Assembly (NCBI RefSeq): GCF_016432865.1
Contig: NC_067403.1
Location: 246,078,001 to 246,142,000, forward strand
Length of the DNA stretch: 64,000 nt
Reading direction: 5' to 3'
Source of the DNA: Antechinus flavipes
Taxonomy: Eukaryota
Shown here: in pieces, positions 51,089-62,897 of the stretch
Layout: the number at the start of each line of letters is the position of its first letter
Position numbering within the stretch: the first letter of the stretch is position 1
Translations under genes and position numbers: made by a program
The notes under the pieces: model-generated
Database searches by the model: none
What the model saw: only the letters and a program-made list of their open reading frames with translations
What the model was told of the DNA's origin: nothing

Positions 51089-52565
51089 GAATATAGTAGG
51101 TATTATAAATGCATTTCTTTTAAGCATTCATAGATTTCTCAGCTTTCGTACTTTTTTCCCCCTCAGTGTGATGCAACATGGGTATTTAACTCCAATGTGA
51201 ATGCTTTGATTTTGGCATCTTAGCAAATAGAGAATTTCCTACCTTTGAAAGTGGAATAGTTTCTGAACATTCAGCTTTCCGTGGTTAATATGGAATAAGG
51301 ACAAAGAACTAGAACACCATCTTTGAGAGGTTCTACAAGGTTTAACTATTTTGGGTTGGAATATGTAAAACATTACTAAGATTCCTTTCATAGCTTAGAT
51401 TCTAGGATGCTATGATAAAGAAAAAAAAATAGACATTTATATCATTGTGGCTTTCTTGTGCATATTCCCTGAAGTGTCCTTGAATTGCATCCTTTAGGAA
51501 TTAACCCATTAAAACATGCAACATCTCATAGATAGCTTTAAAAAATTAATGAGGACTGGATTGTTCCCTAATTTTAAATCCTCCTTTCAGTCTTGATCTT
51601 TCTGTGTATTCTCAATGTTTGGCATTATGCCAATTATATAGCAAGCAATAAATTACTATTTACTGATTGCCAGAGATAGGTAGACTTAGACTTGCTGAGG
51701 AGATACAAAAAGTAATTTAATTTATTTTAGTTGGAAATTATTATTTTTTTTTTACCAATTTCCATTCTTTTTATATTGTACTTCCTTATACATAGAGGAT
51801 AAATTTTAGGGTTTTTTTTTTAATTGTGTAAACTCATTTTAACAGTTTTCAATTTAATTTTTGAACATCTATCAACTCTTTTAATTTAAATTAACATACT
51901 GATACAAAGATAAAATTTTTAAAAATTTTAATTTTGATTAAATGTATTTTCTTTTGCTTTTATTCAAGAAGCATAAAAGTGGGGGACAAAAATGGTTGAA
52001 CAAAATAACCAAAATTAACTCAATCTAGCCACACATGCAAAATTCCCTTTTCATAGTTTTCCTATTATACAATGAAGAAATAGTGATGAATCCATTCAAT
52101 TCTTCTCCAGGGCCAAGCTTGTTTTTCATAATTAACCACCATTTGCTTTAGTTTTGTTGTAATGGATGTTCTTTTTTTATGCATTGTGCATTATGCAATG
52201 CATTTTACGCATGTGTTTATGGTCATGAGACCCAGCTGTTTTATGCACTTCATTCTGTTTTCTTATGGTTTGTTTGTTTTTGTTTTTGTTTTTGTTTTTT
52301 TTTTTTTTACCCTTCATTATCCATTTCACCATAAATTCTAATAAAGGATGCAAAGATAACAGAAAATCTGGCAGCTGATCTGGCTCAAGCTAGTGCCAGA
52401 ATAGGTACTTATCTCAACCTAATTGAGAGTAAATATCTGCAAGAATAGAAAAACAAAAGCATCACTAGAATTTTAACATTACTAGAAATGTTCAGAGGGA
52501 GTGATAGGTAATAGGCAATACTGCATTTGATATTAAAAATTTTCTGTTGAAAATTAGCCTGAATA

Positions 52566-52717
52566 TAGCTAGGTGGCATAGTGAATGGAGTACCAGCCCT
52601 GTTGTCAGGAGGATCTGAGTTCAAATTTGACCTTAGGCATCTGATACTTCATAGCTGTGTGACCCTATGCAAATCACTTAATCCTATTGCCATGCAAAAA
52701 AAAAAAAAAAAAAAAAA
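52566..52717 (+). mobile_element. WSINE1-like SINE with pure A-tail
   Basis: agctaggtggcatagtg...gagttcaaatttgacc...aaatcacttaatcctattgccatgc(A)22. Confidence 0.9.
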
Positions 52718-55167
52718 GTTGGACTGGAGCCATAGAAAGATCAGATAGTTCTTCTGTGTCTGCTTTTTTCCAAGCTCTTCAACCACCTCATGACCATTTG
52801 AAATGAAAAAAAATATATATTGTCTTGTATCTTGCCAGTTGCTTCTTTGGTTTTCATTTCTTAGTCTTTGGTAATTTGGCTTTGAGGAAGGGACATACAC
52901 ATTTTTTCTGCACTGGTCACCATTGTTTAGGTGGAATATAGAAAAGGAAAATTTTCTCCCTGTTCTCTAAGCTTCCTCTCTCCTCTTTTATAGAAATCCT
53001 TAAAACTCCTGCTAGAGGAAGAAATTCATTCCTTTCAATCCTAATCTCATGTGGCTTGCTTTCTTCCAAAAATATGGAGAAATTTCCAGGATCTTTAGTA
53101 ACTTAGATCCCATTTCCAGGGAGCCAGATCAAAATTTGCCAGACTTATGATTATAATGATGTTACATATTTAGAATTATAAGGACCCTAGAGACAAGCAT
53201 TGTTGTCTCTCATTTTATACCGGTGGAAACTGAGGTCCAGATAAATCAAATGGCTTGCTTAAAGTCAGAATGATAGTAGAGAGCCAAACTTGGATTTGAG
53301 CTCAAATTCTTAAATTTCTTTTCATTGTGTTATGTAAATAAAAATGACCACTGATTAATGACATGGTCATCCTATTTGAAATATCTTTGGTGTATCATCA
53401 GAGAGGAAAATAAGAAGAAAAACTGAAAGGTAAATATCCTTTGTGGAGGTACTCTTCCTTCTTCATTTTGTTTATAGTTTTTAATGAAGAATATTATACA
53501 TTTTGTGAATCAATGAATATTTAGCAAGTGAGATTATGGGTTTCTCCCAGAGTACTCTCTGGCCCTAAGAGCTTCATGGGAGGTGTGAATTCAGATATCT
53601 CATACTAAATCCTGAAATCTCCCAAACGTGTGAACTCCAATGAGTACTTAAATACTTCTTGCTTATGTGAGTTCTCTAAAGGTGTGAAGATAAGCATTGT
53701 ATCAATTTCATTGAGTTAACACTAGGATTCTAACATTTCCCTTGAGTTATCACCTTGTTTCAAGTTGAGTTAACACTAGGATTCCAACAGAAATGAGCCC
53801 AAGATTAGAAAACATGTATGGAAAATGAGGAACTTATACTATCCAGGAGTCTTATTGCTAGAGTCTTTAGCATAATTGCTTTAAATATTGACTAATTTTT
53901 TCAGAAGGACTCTTTATTGAATCTTGAGTCTTCATTTAGTGCTGGTCCCCAGTGTGTTCTTAACTGTTGCCAGTTGCTCTTGTTCTAGGGATAATGCTAG
54001 AATGCTAAGGAAGGGTGAGGGAGGTGGAAAGGAGAAAATGTCCAGGACAAAATCAAAGTCCTCTCTCAACCTATCCTGCTGCCATATTGAAATCAATTCC
54101 TTCTCATCAATCCCTCTATGTCCTCTCTGCCATCAGACACAAGTTTAATTCTAACTAGCTAGAGGATTTTATATAGTCACAAAAGGGAGAGACAAAGTCC
54201 TTCAAACAGATTTAAATCAAACCGAGGGAAATATGTAGGCCTTGATCCTAAAGAGTGAACAAATCAAAATATATTCTTTTCTAATAAAAGTTTTAGAAGT
54301 AGCATTTTATCATGTATTTTAAGTAGAGTGGGGAATAATCTGTGTTGACCTATATTGAACAAATAAGCAAATAAGCGGTTAAGTATATATACAATTGTAA
54401 AGTCATTTGACTTCTATAAAGGAATTAAAGTAGCCCACTAAGGTCCTTTTCTTATTCCTCATTGTGTCATGGAGTTGATCTTCTGTTCTCCAAGATTTTT
54501 CCTCTAGAATGAATTCTGCAATTCCCTTCCAAGCAGGAAATATTTCAAATATTGGACTAATGATGGACTGTATGTATTATATCTGTTGTTCAAGTTTTAT
54601 TAAATTCAAGCAATTAAGTGCATAGTATATTGCCGGACTTAAGGTTAGGAAGACCTAATTTCAAATCCTGCCTCAAACATTTACTAACTATGCATGTTAT
54701 TTAACTTCCCTTGACTTCAGTTCCTTCTTCTCCAAAATGGGAGTACTAACATTAACCACCTTACAGGATTTTTGTAAAGAGTTCACGAGATAATATTTAA
54801 ATGTTAAACATTATTTTCAGACATACTTTTCTGTCTATAAAATATGAAGTTTTTAGCTAGAGGAACTCTAGAAAATTCTTTAGTCACCTGAAACAGTTTT
54901 ATCTGACAAGAATATTCATATTGATATGTTCATAAATCTATAAAATATTGAAGGAAATCAGATACTTTTTAAAAATTAAAATTAGCAAAGGATAGAACAA
55001 GCTAAATATGAATTATAACAATGATTTTCTGGAAATTCATAAAGAAAATATGATGGGTTCAATGTTACATTGCTGAAAAATGAATTAGAACTCAGTTCTC
55101 CCATAGTTTTAGTCTTGAGTTCTAGTCAGTGTATCATTAATGACTTTGAAACATTGATATACTAGAT

Positions 55168-55353
55168 CAAAGCTTCTTAAACTGTGGTCGGGACCCCATA
55201 TAGAGAATCATAACTGAATGTGGTGGTCAATAAATTATGATTTATTATCAGTAAATATTTGATTTGTATATCTATATTATGTGACTTGGGATCATATAAA
55301 AATTTCTCAGGTGAAAAGAGGTTGCAAATGGGAAAATGTTTAAGAAGCCCTTT
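55168..55353. mobile_element. hAT-like MITE
   Basis: TIRs gcttcttaaac / gtttaagaagccct; homologous to 13546-13737. Confidence 0.72.
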
Positions 55354-56008
55354 ATTAGATTACCAAAAAATAAAATGTCACAGTTAAAATGATAGGAGAT
55401 TTCTAATCCAACCATCTCTTTTCCACTGAGTCCCATTCAATTCTATCTCATTGTTCTGCCATTTGTGTTCTATGACTCTTTCCAAAGCTCAGTTCCTTCC
55501 TTTTTAATCTAAAGTTTCCTCCAATATAAAATGTTTACTGCAGATCCTACAGTATTTTGGAAATCTAAAATTTGATATTCTATGTTCTCTAATCCTCTGG
55601 TTCTATAATTTAAAAATCTTACCATTTATATAGTACTTTCAGTTTTGCAAAGCATTTTATCTATGTTTTCTCATTTATTTTTATAATAATTCTGACATGG
55701 TTATTATCTCCATTTTACAAATAAGGAAATTGAACCTGACAAAGGCTATGCAATCATGTTCACCAACACAAGGCTTGTTAGGCTCTAAGGCAAGATTTAA
55801 GTTTGGATCTTTCTGACTTCAGGTGCAACACTTAATCCACTATAAAACCTAGCTGTCCCTCACATTCTAAATTCTCATTTCTAATGTCCATTTTAGCTTT
55901 GATATTGTGTGTTAAATGTCCTTTCCAACTCTGGCATTTTAAGTCTTAGTTCTAGGTTCCAATATTTCATCCTTTCCAACTATAAGATACAATTATTCTA
56001 AAGTCACA

Positions 56009-56943
56009 TTAAAATGAAGTTTTTTGAATGATGACTTTCCTAAAGGAAGCTTTCACTTCTTTGTTCCTCAGACTATAGATCAGGGGGTTCAACATGGGGA
56101 TCACTACTGTGTAGAACACAGATACCACTTTATCTTGATCCATTGAATAGCTAGAGCTGGGTCGCAGGTACATGAAAAGAATTGTCCCAAAGAAGATGGT
56201 GACGGCCAATAGATGAGAGGCACATGTAGAGAAGGCTTTGTATCTTCCTTCAGCTGTACGTATCCTCATAATGGCAACAATGACATATAGGTAAGAAACA
56301 AGGATAGTTAAGAGGCAGCTCAATTCATTAAAACTGGCAAAAGCAAAAATGACCAGTTCATTCACATGGGTGTCGAGCAGGAGAGTTTCAAGAGGGGTGG
56401 AGTATCACAGAAAAAATGATTGATGATATTAGAGTGGCAGAAGGACAACTTAAAGGTTAAGGTTGTGTGTATTGCTGCATTAACAAAACCTGCCAGATAA
56501 GTGACTGATACCAGTATGATATTGAACCTATGGGACATGGTGGTAGTATATAGTAGTGGAATGCAGATTGCCACATAGCGATCATATGCCATCACAGCTA
56601 GAAGAAACCCCTCAATGCCAGCAAAGGAACCAAAAAAGAAAAATTGAGTAGCACAACCACTCCATGAAATGACTGGCTTCTCCACCCAGAAGTTGATGAG
56701 CATGTTGGGTGTAATGACAGAGGTGTAACAAAAATCAACAAAGGACAAGTTCCCCAGAAAAAAATACATTGGGGTGTGAAGCTGTGAATCAAGTCCAATC
56801 AACAAAATCATCCCCAGGTTTCCCACTACACTGATTACATAGATCAAGAAGAAGACCCCAAAGAGGATGGTTTGCAGCTCTGGATGGTCAGTGAATCCCA
56901 GGAGGATGAAGTGTGTTACTGTGCTGTGATTACTCCAAACCAT
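56009..56943 (-). pseudogene. OR5AP2-like: OR5AP2-like olfactory receptor with one 1-bp deletion at 56374/56375 (or a sequencing error)
   Basis: Two overlapping ORFs join as LSCS-(D)THVNE if one base is restored, giving 311 aa from [39 protein letters not shown] and [12 protein letters not shown] match OR5AP2 as recalled. Acceptor at 56969. Confidence 0.92.
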
Positions 56944-57534
56944 TGCCTCAGAAGAGGGATGTCTTCTACTGAATAAAGAAAGAAATGAGACATGTAAATA
57001 ATTCAAGCAGAGAAGAATAAATGGCATGGAGAATTAAATGACTATTGAATTGAGAATTTCAGGACTTGAGTTTGAATTCTGATTCTATCATTTTCTATTG
57101 GTGTGATTTTAGGACAAATATCTTCAGCTCTAGTGGCATAAGTCTCTTGTCTATAAAACATATGGGGTTTGCCTCGAAAGCTCAAATATCTCTTTTCAAT
57201 TGAAACCTGTGGTTGTAGATTAACTAATCTATCCCTTCTCATCCAATCAAGATATGGCTTCTAAATCACCCTGGACAAATAATAATTGCATCCATTTATT
57301 CCAATCTCAAAAGAGAAAAGCAAATTATTAGATAACTCCTATGGTTGACACTATTATATATAAAAATTTCAACATTTTATGACTTGCTTTTATGTGTATT
57401 TTTTAAAGGTTTAATCTAAATATATTGCTCTTAAAGCAGTTTCAGATAGTATTAAGTGGAATTAATATTAATTTGATCTATTTGGAATCAGACATCCATT
57501 TCTATTAAAAACATTAGAGCATAAGGATAAAGGG

Positions 57535-59255
57535 AGCTTTGTTAAAATAATAAACAATATCTATCTAAAACTTACAGCAAGCATTATTCATAGTGGAAAG
57601 AAACCAGACTTATTCCCAATAAAATCAGGGGTGATAAAAAGGATGCCCATTATCTCCCTTAATATTCAAAATTGTACTAGAAATGTTGGCTTTAGCAATA
57701 AGAAAAGAAAAATAAATTAAAGGAATTAGAATAGGCATTAAGGAAATAAAACTATCACTCTTTGTAGATGATCTGATAATAACCTTACACAATCATCCAG
57801 AAATCTACTAGAAACAATTCACAGCTTTAGCAAAGTTGCAAGATATAAAATAAACCTAGACAAATCATCTGCATTTCAGCAAGAGACAGAAAGAGAAATT
57901 CCACTTAAAATTACTGTAGACAAAATAAAGTCTTGGGGATCTACTGCCAAGACAAAACCAAGAACTATCATGAACAGAATTACAAAGCAAATCTCACACA
58001 ACTAAAGTCAGATCTAAACAACTGGGAAAATATCATCTGCTCAAGGGTAGGCTGAGCAAATATAATAAACATAATAATTCTACCTAACTTTATCTACTTT
58101 TTCAGTGCCATACCAAACAAATTGCCAAAAAATTATTTTGCAGAGCTAGAAAAAATAACAACAAAACACATCTGGAAGAAGAAAAGTTCAAAAATATAAA
58201 GGGAATTAATGGAAAAAAAATACAAAGGATGGTGGCGGAGCAGTACCAAACCTAAAACTTTAATATAGAGCAGCAATCATCAAAACCATTTAGTATTGGG
58301 TAAGAAATGGAATGGTGGATCAACAGAATAGATTAGATACATAGAATTCAATAATGAACGTTTATAGCAATCTAGTATTTGATAAACCCACAAATTCCAG
58401 CTTTTGTAATAAGAACTCACTCACTCACTATTTGACAAAAATTGCTTGGAATTTTTCTTGGAAAATAATATGTCAGAAACTCAGTATAGAACTATATCTC
58501 ACACCCCATACCAAAATAAGGTCAAAATGGATACATGATTTGGGCATAAAGGATGATACCATAAACAAAGTCAAACAAGGGATAATTTAGTTACCAGATT
58601 TTGGAGAAGGGAGGAATTTATGATCAAAGAAAAACTAGAGAACATTATAAAAGTCAAAATGGACGACTTTAATTACATTAAATTAAAAAGATTTTGCACA
58701 AAGTCAACAGGAACAAGATTGAAAGAGAAATTAAAACTGGGAAAAATATTTATAGCCAGTGTTTCTAGTAAAGGTATCATTTCTGAAATATATTTAAAAC
58801 CTGTCAAATTTATAAGAATAAAAATCATTCCCCAATTGATAAATTGTCACAGGATATGAACAGATAGTTTTCACATGATGAAATTAAAGTCATCTATAGA
58901 TATTTGAAAAAAATGCTCTAAATCACTATTGATTAGAGAAATGCAAATTAAAACAACTCTGAAGTACCATTTCACACCTCTTACATTAGCTGAAAGAAAA
59001 GATAATGATAAATGTTGGAAAGGATAGGGGAAAACTGGGACACTACTGTAGAACTGGTGGAATTGTGAAATAATCCAACCATTCTGGAGAGCTATTTGGA
59101 ACTATGTCCAAAGAACTATAAAACATTGCATATCCTTTGACCCAGCAATGTCATTGTTGGTCTATATCCCAAGGAAATCTTAAAGGAAAGTCAAGGACAC
59201 ACATGTGCAAAAATGTTTGTAGCAGTTCTTTTTTGCTGTAGCAAAGAATTAGAAT
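57535..59255 (+). mobile_element. Degenerate 5'-truncated L1 ORF2 (RT to C-terminus)
   Basis: Colinear with 1780-3520 (aaatcaggggtg, ctatcactctttgtagatgat, FNYIKLKRFC), with many stops and indels. Confidence 0.9.
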
Positions 59256-61399
59256 CTGGTTATCACTGACCCACAGATCTAGGACTATTCTAAGATCAGA
59301 AGACTTTAGAATCATTGTTAGACATTGTTAGAACAATAGCACTCTAAGATCAGAGGGCCACAGGATCCCTAATATATCTTTCCTAAAGTCCAAGGGAAGA
59401 AATATTATATTATATTATTATATATCTAGGCCAGAAGATTTTTACAATCATTGATGGACAGACTGTTAGAACTATAATACTCTAAAGTCAGGAGGACCTT
59501 GGGAACACTGATTCTAAAGCCAAAAGACTTTAGAATCAATGACAGATTGTAAGAACAGAAGAAATCTAAGGTGTGTGTGGGGAACTTCCTTACTGCTGTT
59601 TTCCCTAGAAGCTATTCTCCATCAAGTCTATATTAATGTAGGGAGTTTCTTCCTAAGAAGTTCCCTACATCCTGAAGTCACAGGTCCATATTGTAAAAAT
59701 CCAATTAAAAGGACACATAACAAAATGCTAGGTGATAGCAAGTTACAAAGATTTTTAGCAATCAAAGAGGGGATGAAAAAGGTCTTCCTGGAGAAAGTCA
59801 CAGTTAAATTCAACTTTTAAAAGATGGATACAAATTCAACAACTGAAGACAGAAAAAGAAGATCTCATGGATAGAAATACAATGAGTAAATATTTTGGTG
59901 GAGTGGGTTAATCAATGGAAAGAGCACAAGATTTGGAGTCCGAGAACATGGATTTGAATCTGGCCTCTGCTACCTAAGCAATATGTAGTTGGGCAAGTCA
60001 TCCAGCCATTCTGAGACTCATATGAAAAATGAGCTGTATATGAAGGGATTATATTGGATGTGCTATAATGTCCCTGCAGTTTTAAATTTATAATACCCAA
60101 ATGAGAGACAATAATGTCTGTGAAGGTGGAGAGGAAACAAAGTTGGATCTAAACTGTAGAAGACCTTGCATACCAGATCTTGTAAAAATAATAATAATAA
60201 TAAAAGTAAGGGAGGAAAAGAATTGTTGATGTTTATGAATAGAGAAGTCTTGTTCAACAACTGTATTGTTGGTGGCTCTTGAGTGAGTTCTTTCAACTCT
60301 TAGTCTCAATTCTTTATCTTTTAAATAATGATAATAATAGCATTTATCTCAAAAAATCCTTATTAGGTTCAGTAAACAAAATATAAGTAAAAGACTTTGC
60401 AAATACAAATACTGAAGTTCTATATAAATGTAATGTCTTTTGTGGCGATTGTGTGATTTTCTAAAAAAAAAAAAAATGGAAAAAATGGAAAGCCTCTGAA
60501 AATAAGGAAATACTTTATATCCTTAACACATAGCGAAGTGTGCTATGCACACCATCTATATTTAATAAATATTTGTTGAATGAATGAATCCTCCCAACAG
60601 TGACTAGTCCAATGAAGAGAACCATTTCTCATATTAATGGTGAATTCTACTTATCCAGATACAGCTAGCCATATCCCTTAACATTACCAGTGTAGATGCC
60701 ACCTCTCTCTTTCAAATTTTATATATTCTTCATCATCTTCTCAGAGTTATGTTTTTTTTTCACATATATCCTACATCCATATGATGCCCTAATGACCAGC
60801 TGAGAACATAGAAGCAAAAAACGTGTTCAAAAGCTATTTGATTCACATAACACTAATTAATTAATTCAATTTCTTTCCACTGACTCATTGTTTTGACTGG
60901 TTATTTTTTGGCAGAGTGGTGTAGATTGAGGATTGAGAAATGGTCTTTGAATTAGCACACCAGGATTCAAGCCCTTGTTCACAGCTATGAAAGAGGTCTA
61001 GTTTGTAGGATGCTGGACTGGATTTAGCATAAAGACAACTTGTTTCTACATCAATCATTTAAGTGTCAGTTATTGAGCTGTGAACTCAAGATTCAAAGAC
61101 AAAAGTAAGACAGTCTACATTCAGGCAATGTATATTATAGGCTCAGAGATATTAAATTATTTGTCCATAATATCGTTATTAGCAAATTTCACATGTCAGA
61201 ATTAGAATATGTGCATGTATTTGTATAATTATGTTATATATGAGAAAGGGAAGAAGAGAAAGATGGGAAGCTTAGAAAAGAGGAAGAGAAAAAAGAGAAA
61301 GAAAGAAAAGAAAGTGAGAGAGGGAAAAAATTAAGAAAGAAGGAAGAGGAGAGACAGAGAGAGGCAGAGACAGAGACAGAGAGATATATTCAAGGAAAT

Positions 61400-62780
61400 A
61401 CAAAGTGATTTGAGTGAAAGACATTAATAGCTTAGTAGGGAATAAAATAGAAGTAAAACTCAGGCAAGATCACATGTAGAAGGTGATATTAAAAATGGGT
61501 CTTCCCAAGTTCAAAACTGGCCTCAGAATTTAACACTTCCTAGCTGTGTGACCCTGGGCAAGTCACTTGACCCCAATTACTGCAGCAAAAAAAGAAAAAG
61601 AAAAAAAAATGGGTCTTGATGGATGCTCGAAATTTCAAGAGATGAAGATGAAGAGAAAATATATCCATGCATGCGGGAAGGAGAAATATTAACTAGTGCA
61701 AAGCCATGGTGATAGGAGAAGGAATATTATCTAGGTCAGTTTGCCTGAAACACAGATTATATAGGGGGAGTAAAGTGTTATGTGGATAGAAAGGCTGTTG
61801 AAACCAGATTGCAAAGGACTTCAAATGATAAATGTCCTTCAGGTAACAGGGAATTACTGAGTTTGTTGAGTAGAGGAGTAACATATAATATTGTGTTTTA
61901 GAAGAATCAGTTTAGCATCTTTGGAAAAAATAATTGGAAAGAGTAGATATTTGTGTCATGGAAAACAATAAAAGAAAATAATCAAGTGAAAAGTAATGAA
62001 GATTTGAACTAAGTGATTTTGTGGATAGAGAAAAGGGAGTATTTAGAAAATATCTTTTAAAAATAACATTTAAAGGATTTGGTGAGTAGCTGCATAAAGT
62101 GAGGGAGAATGAGAGTTAAGGATGATACCAAGATTTGAAACTAGTCACTGGAAGAAGAGTGATGCCCTTGGCTACAAAAAAAGTTTTGGAAAAGGCAATT
62201 TTGGGGAAAGGAATATTAAAGATGTTTATAAAAAATATACTTCAAAATTTCCAATTAATTTTGGCTGATGCAAAACTGGATATTAGGAGAGAGAATAGAA
62301 TTGTGTATATAGAGCTGGATGTCACTAATGATGATGAGCCCATATGAAATGAAGATGAAGAAATAGAATATAAAGCAAGGGAAAATGAAGAAGGAAGAAT
62401 AAAGACAGAGTCATGGGATCTCAGAGCAGTGAAGACTCATGTCATGGATGAAAAACCAACAAAAAAGACTGGATATCAGTCAGATAGGAAAAGAATTAAG
62501 GGAAACTAATGTTACAAAAAATGTTACAAAAGCTTCCAGAAGGAAAGAGTGTCCAGCAGCATACACTACTACAGGAAAGTTGAAGAGGATAAGCATTGCA
62601 AAAAAAAAAAAAAATCATCAGATTTGGCTTTAGTTTTTCAGTTAAATGAAAAAGCCAAAATTCAGATTGTAGAAGATTTACAAGAAAGTGGAAGGATAGG
62701 AGTGTGGATGCACCAAGTTTAGACAACTTCTTCAAAGGAGCTTGGTTGAAAAAAGGAGGAAATACAAAAGAGAATAGCCA
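61400..62780 (-). mobile_element. Long degenerate L2 fragment
   Basis: Purine-rich L2-like tracts (gaaaccagattgcaaaggacttcaaatg, gatgataccaagatttg, gagctggatgtcac). Confidence 0.55.
61504..61604 (+). mobile_element. 5'-truncated WSINE1-like SINE with 13-bp TSD
   Basis: TSD aaaaatgggtctt at 61491-61503 and 61605-61617, at a TT/AAAA endonuclease site. Confidence 0.9.
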
Positions 62781-62836
62781 TTAAGTTAGTAGGACCTAAG
62801 GAGAATATTTTGTTTTGTTTTAATGATGATCAAGAA

Positions 62837-62837
<1 letters not shown>

Positions 62838-62895
<58 letters not shown>
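62838..62895. repeat. (TG)n microsatellite
   Basis: Seen directly. Confidence 0.98.

Positions 62896-62897
<2 letters not shown>

Noticed and set aside
53711-53789. Repeat-spacer-repeat pattern resembling a mini CRISPR
   Set aside because: Only two units, mammalian context, no cas genes. It is a local duplication.
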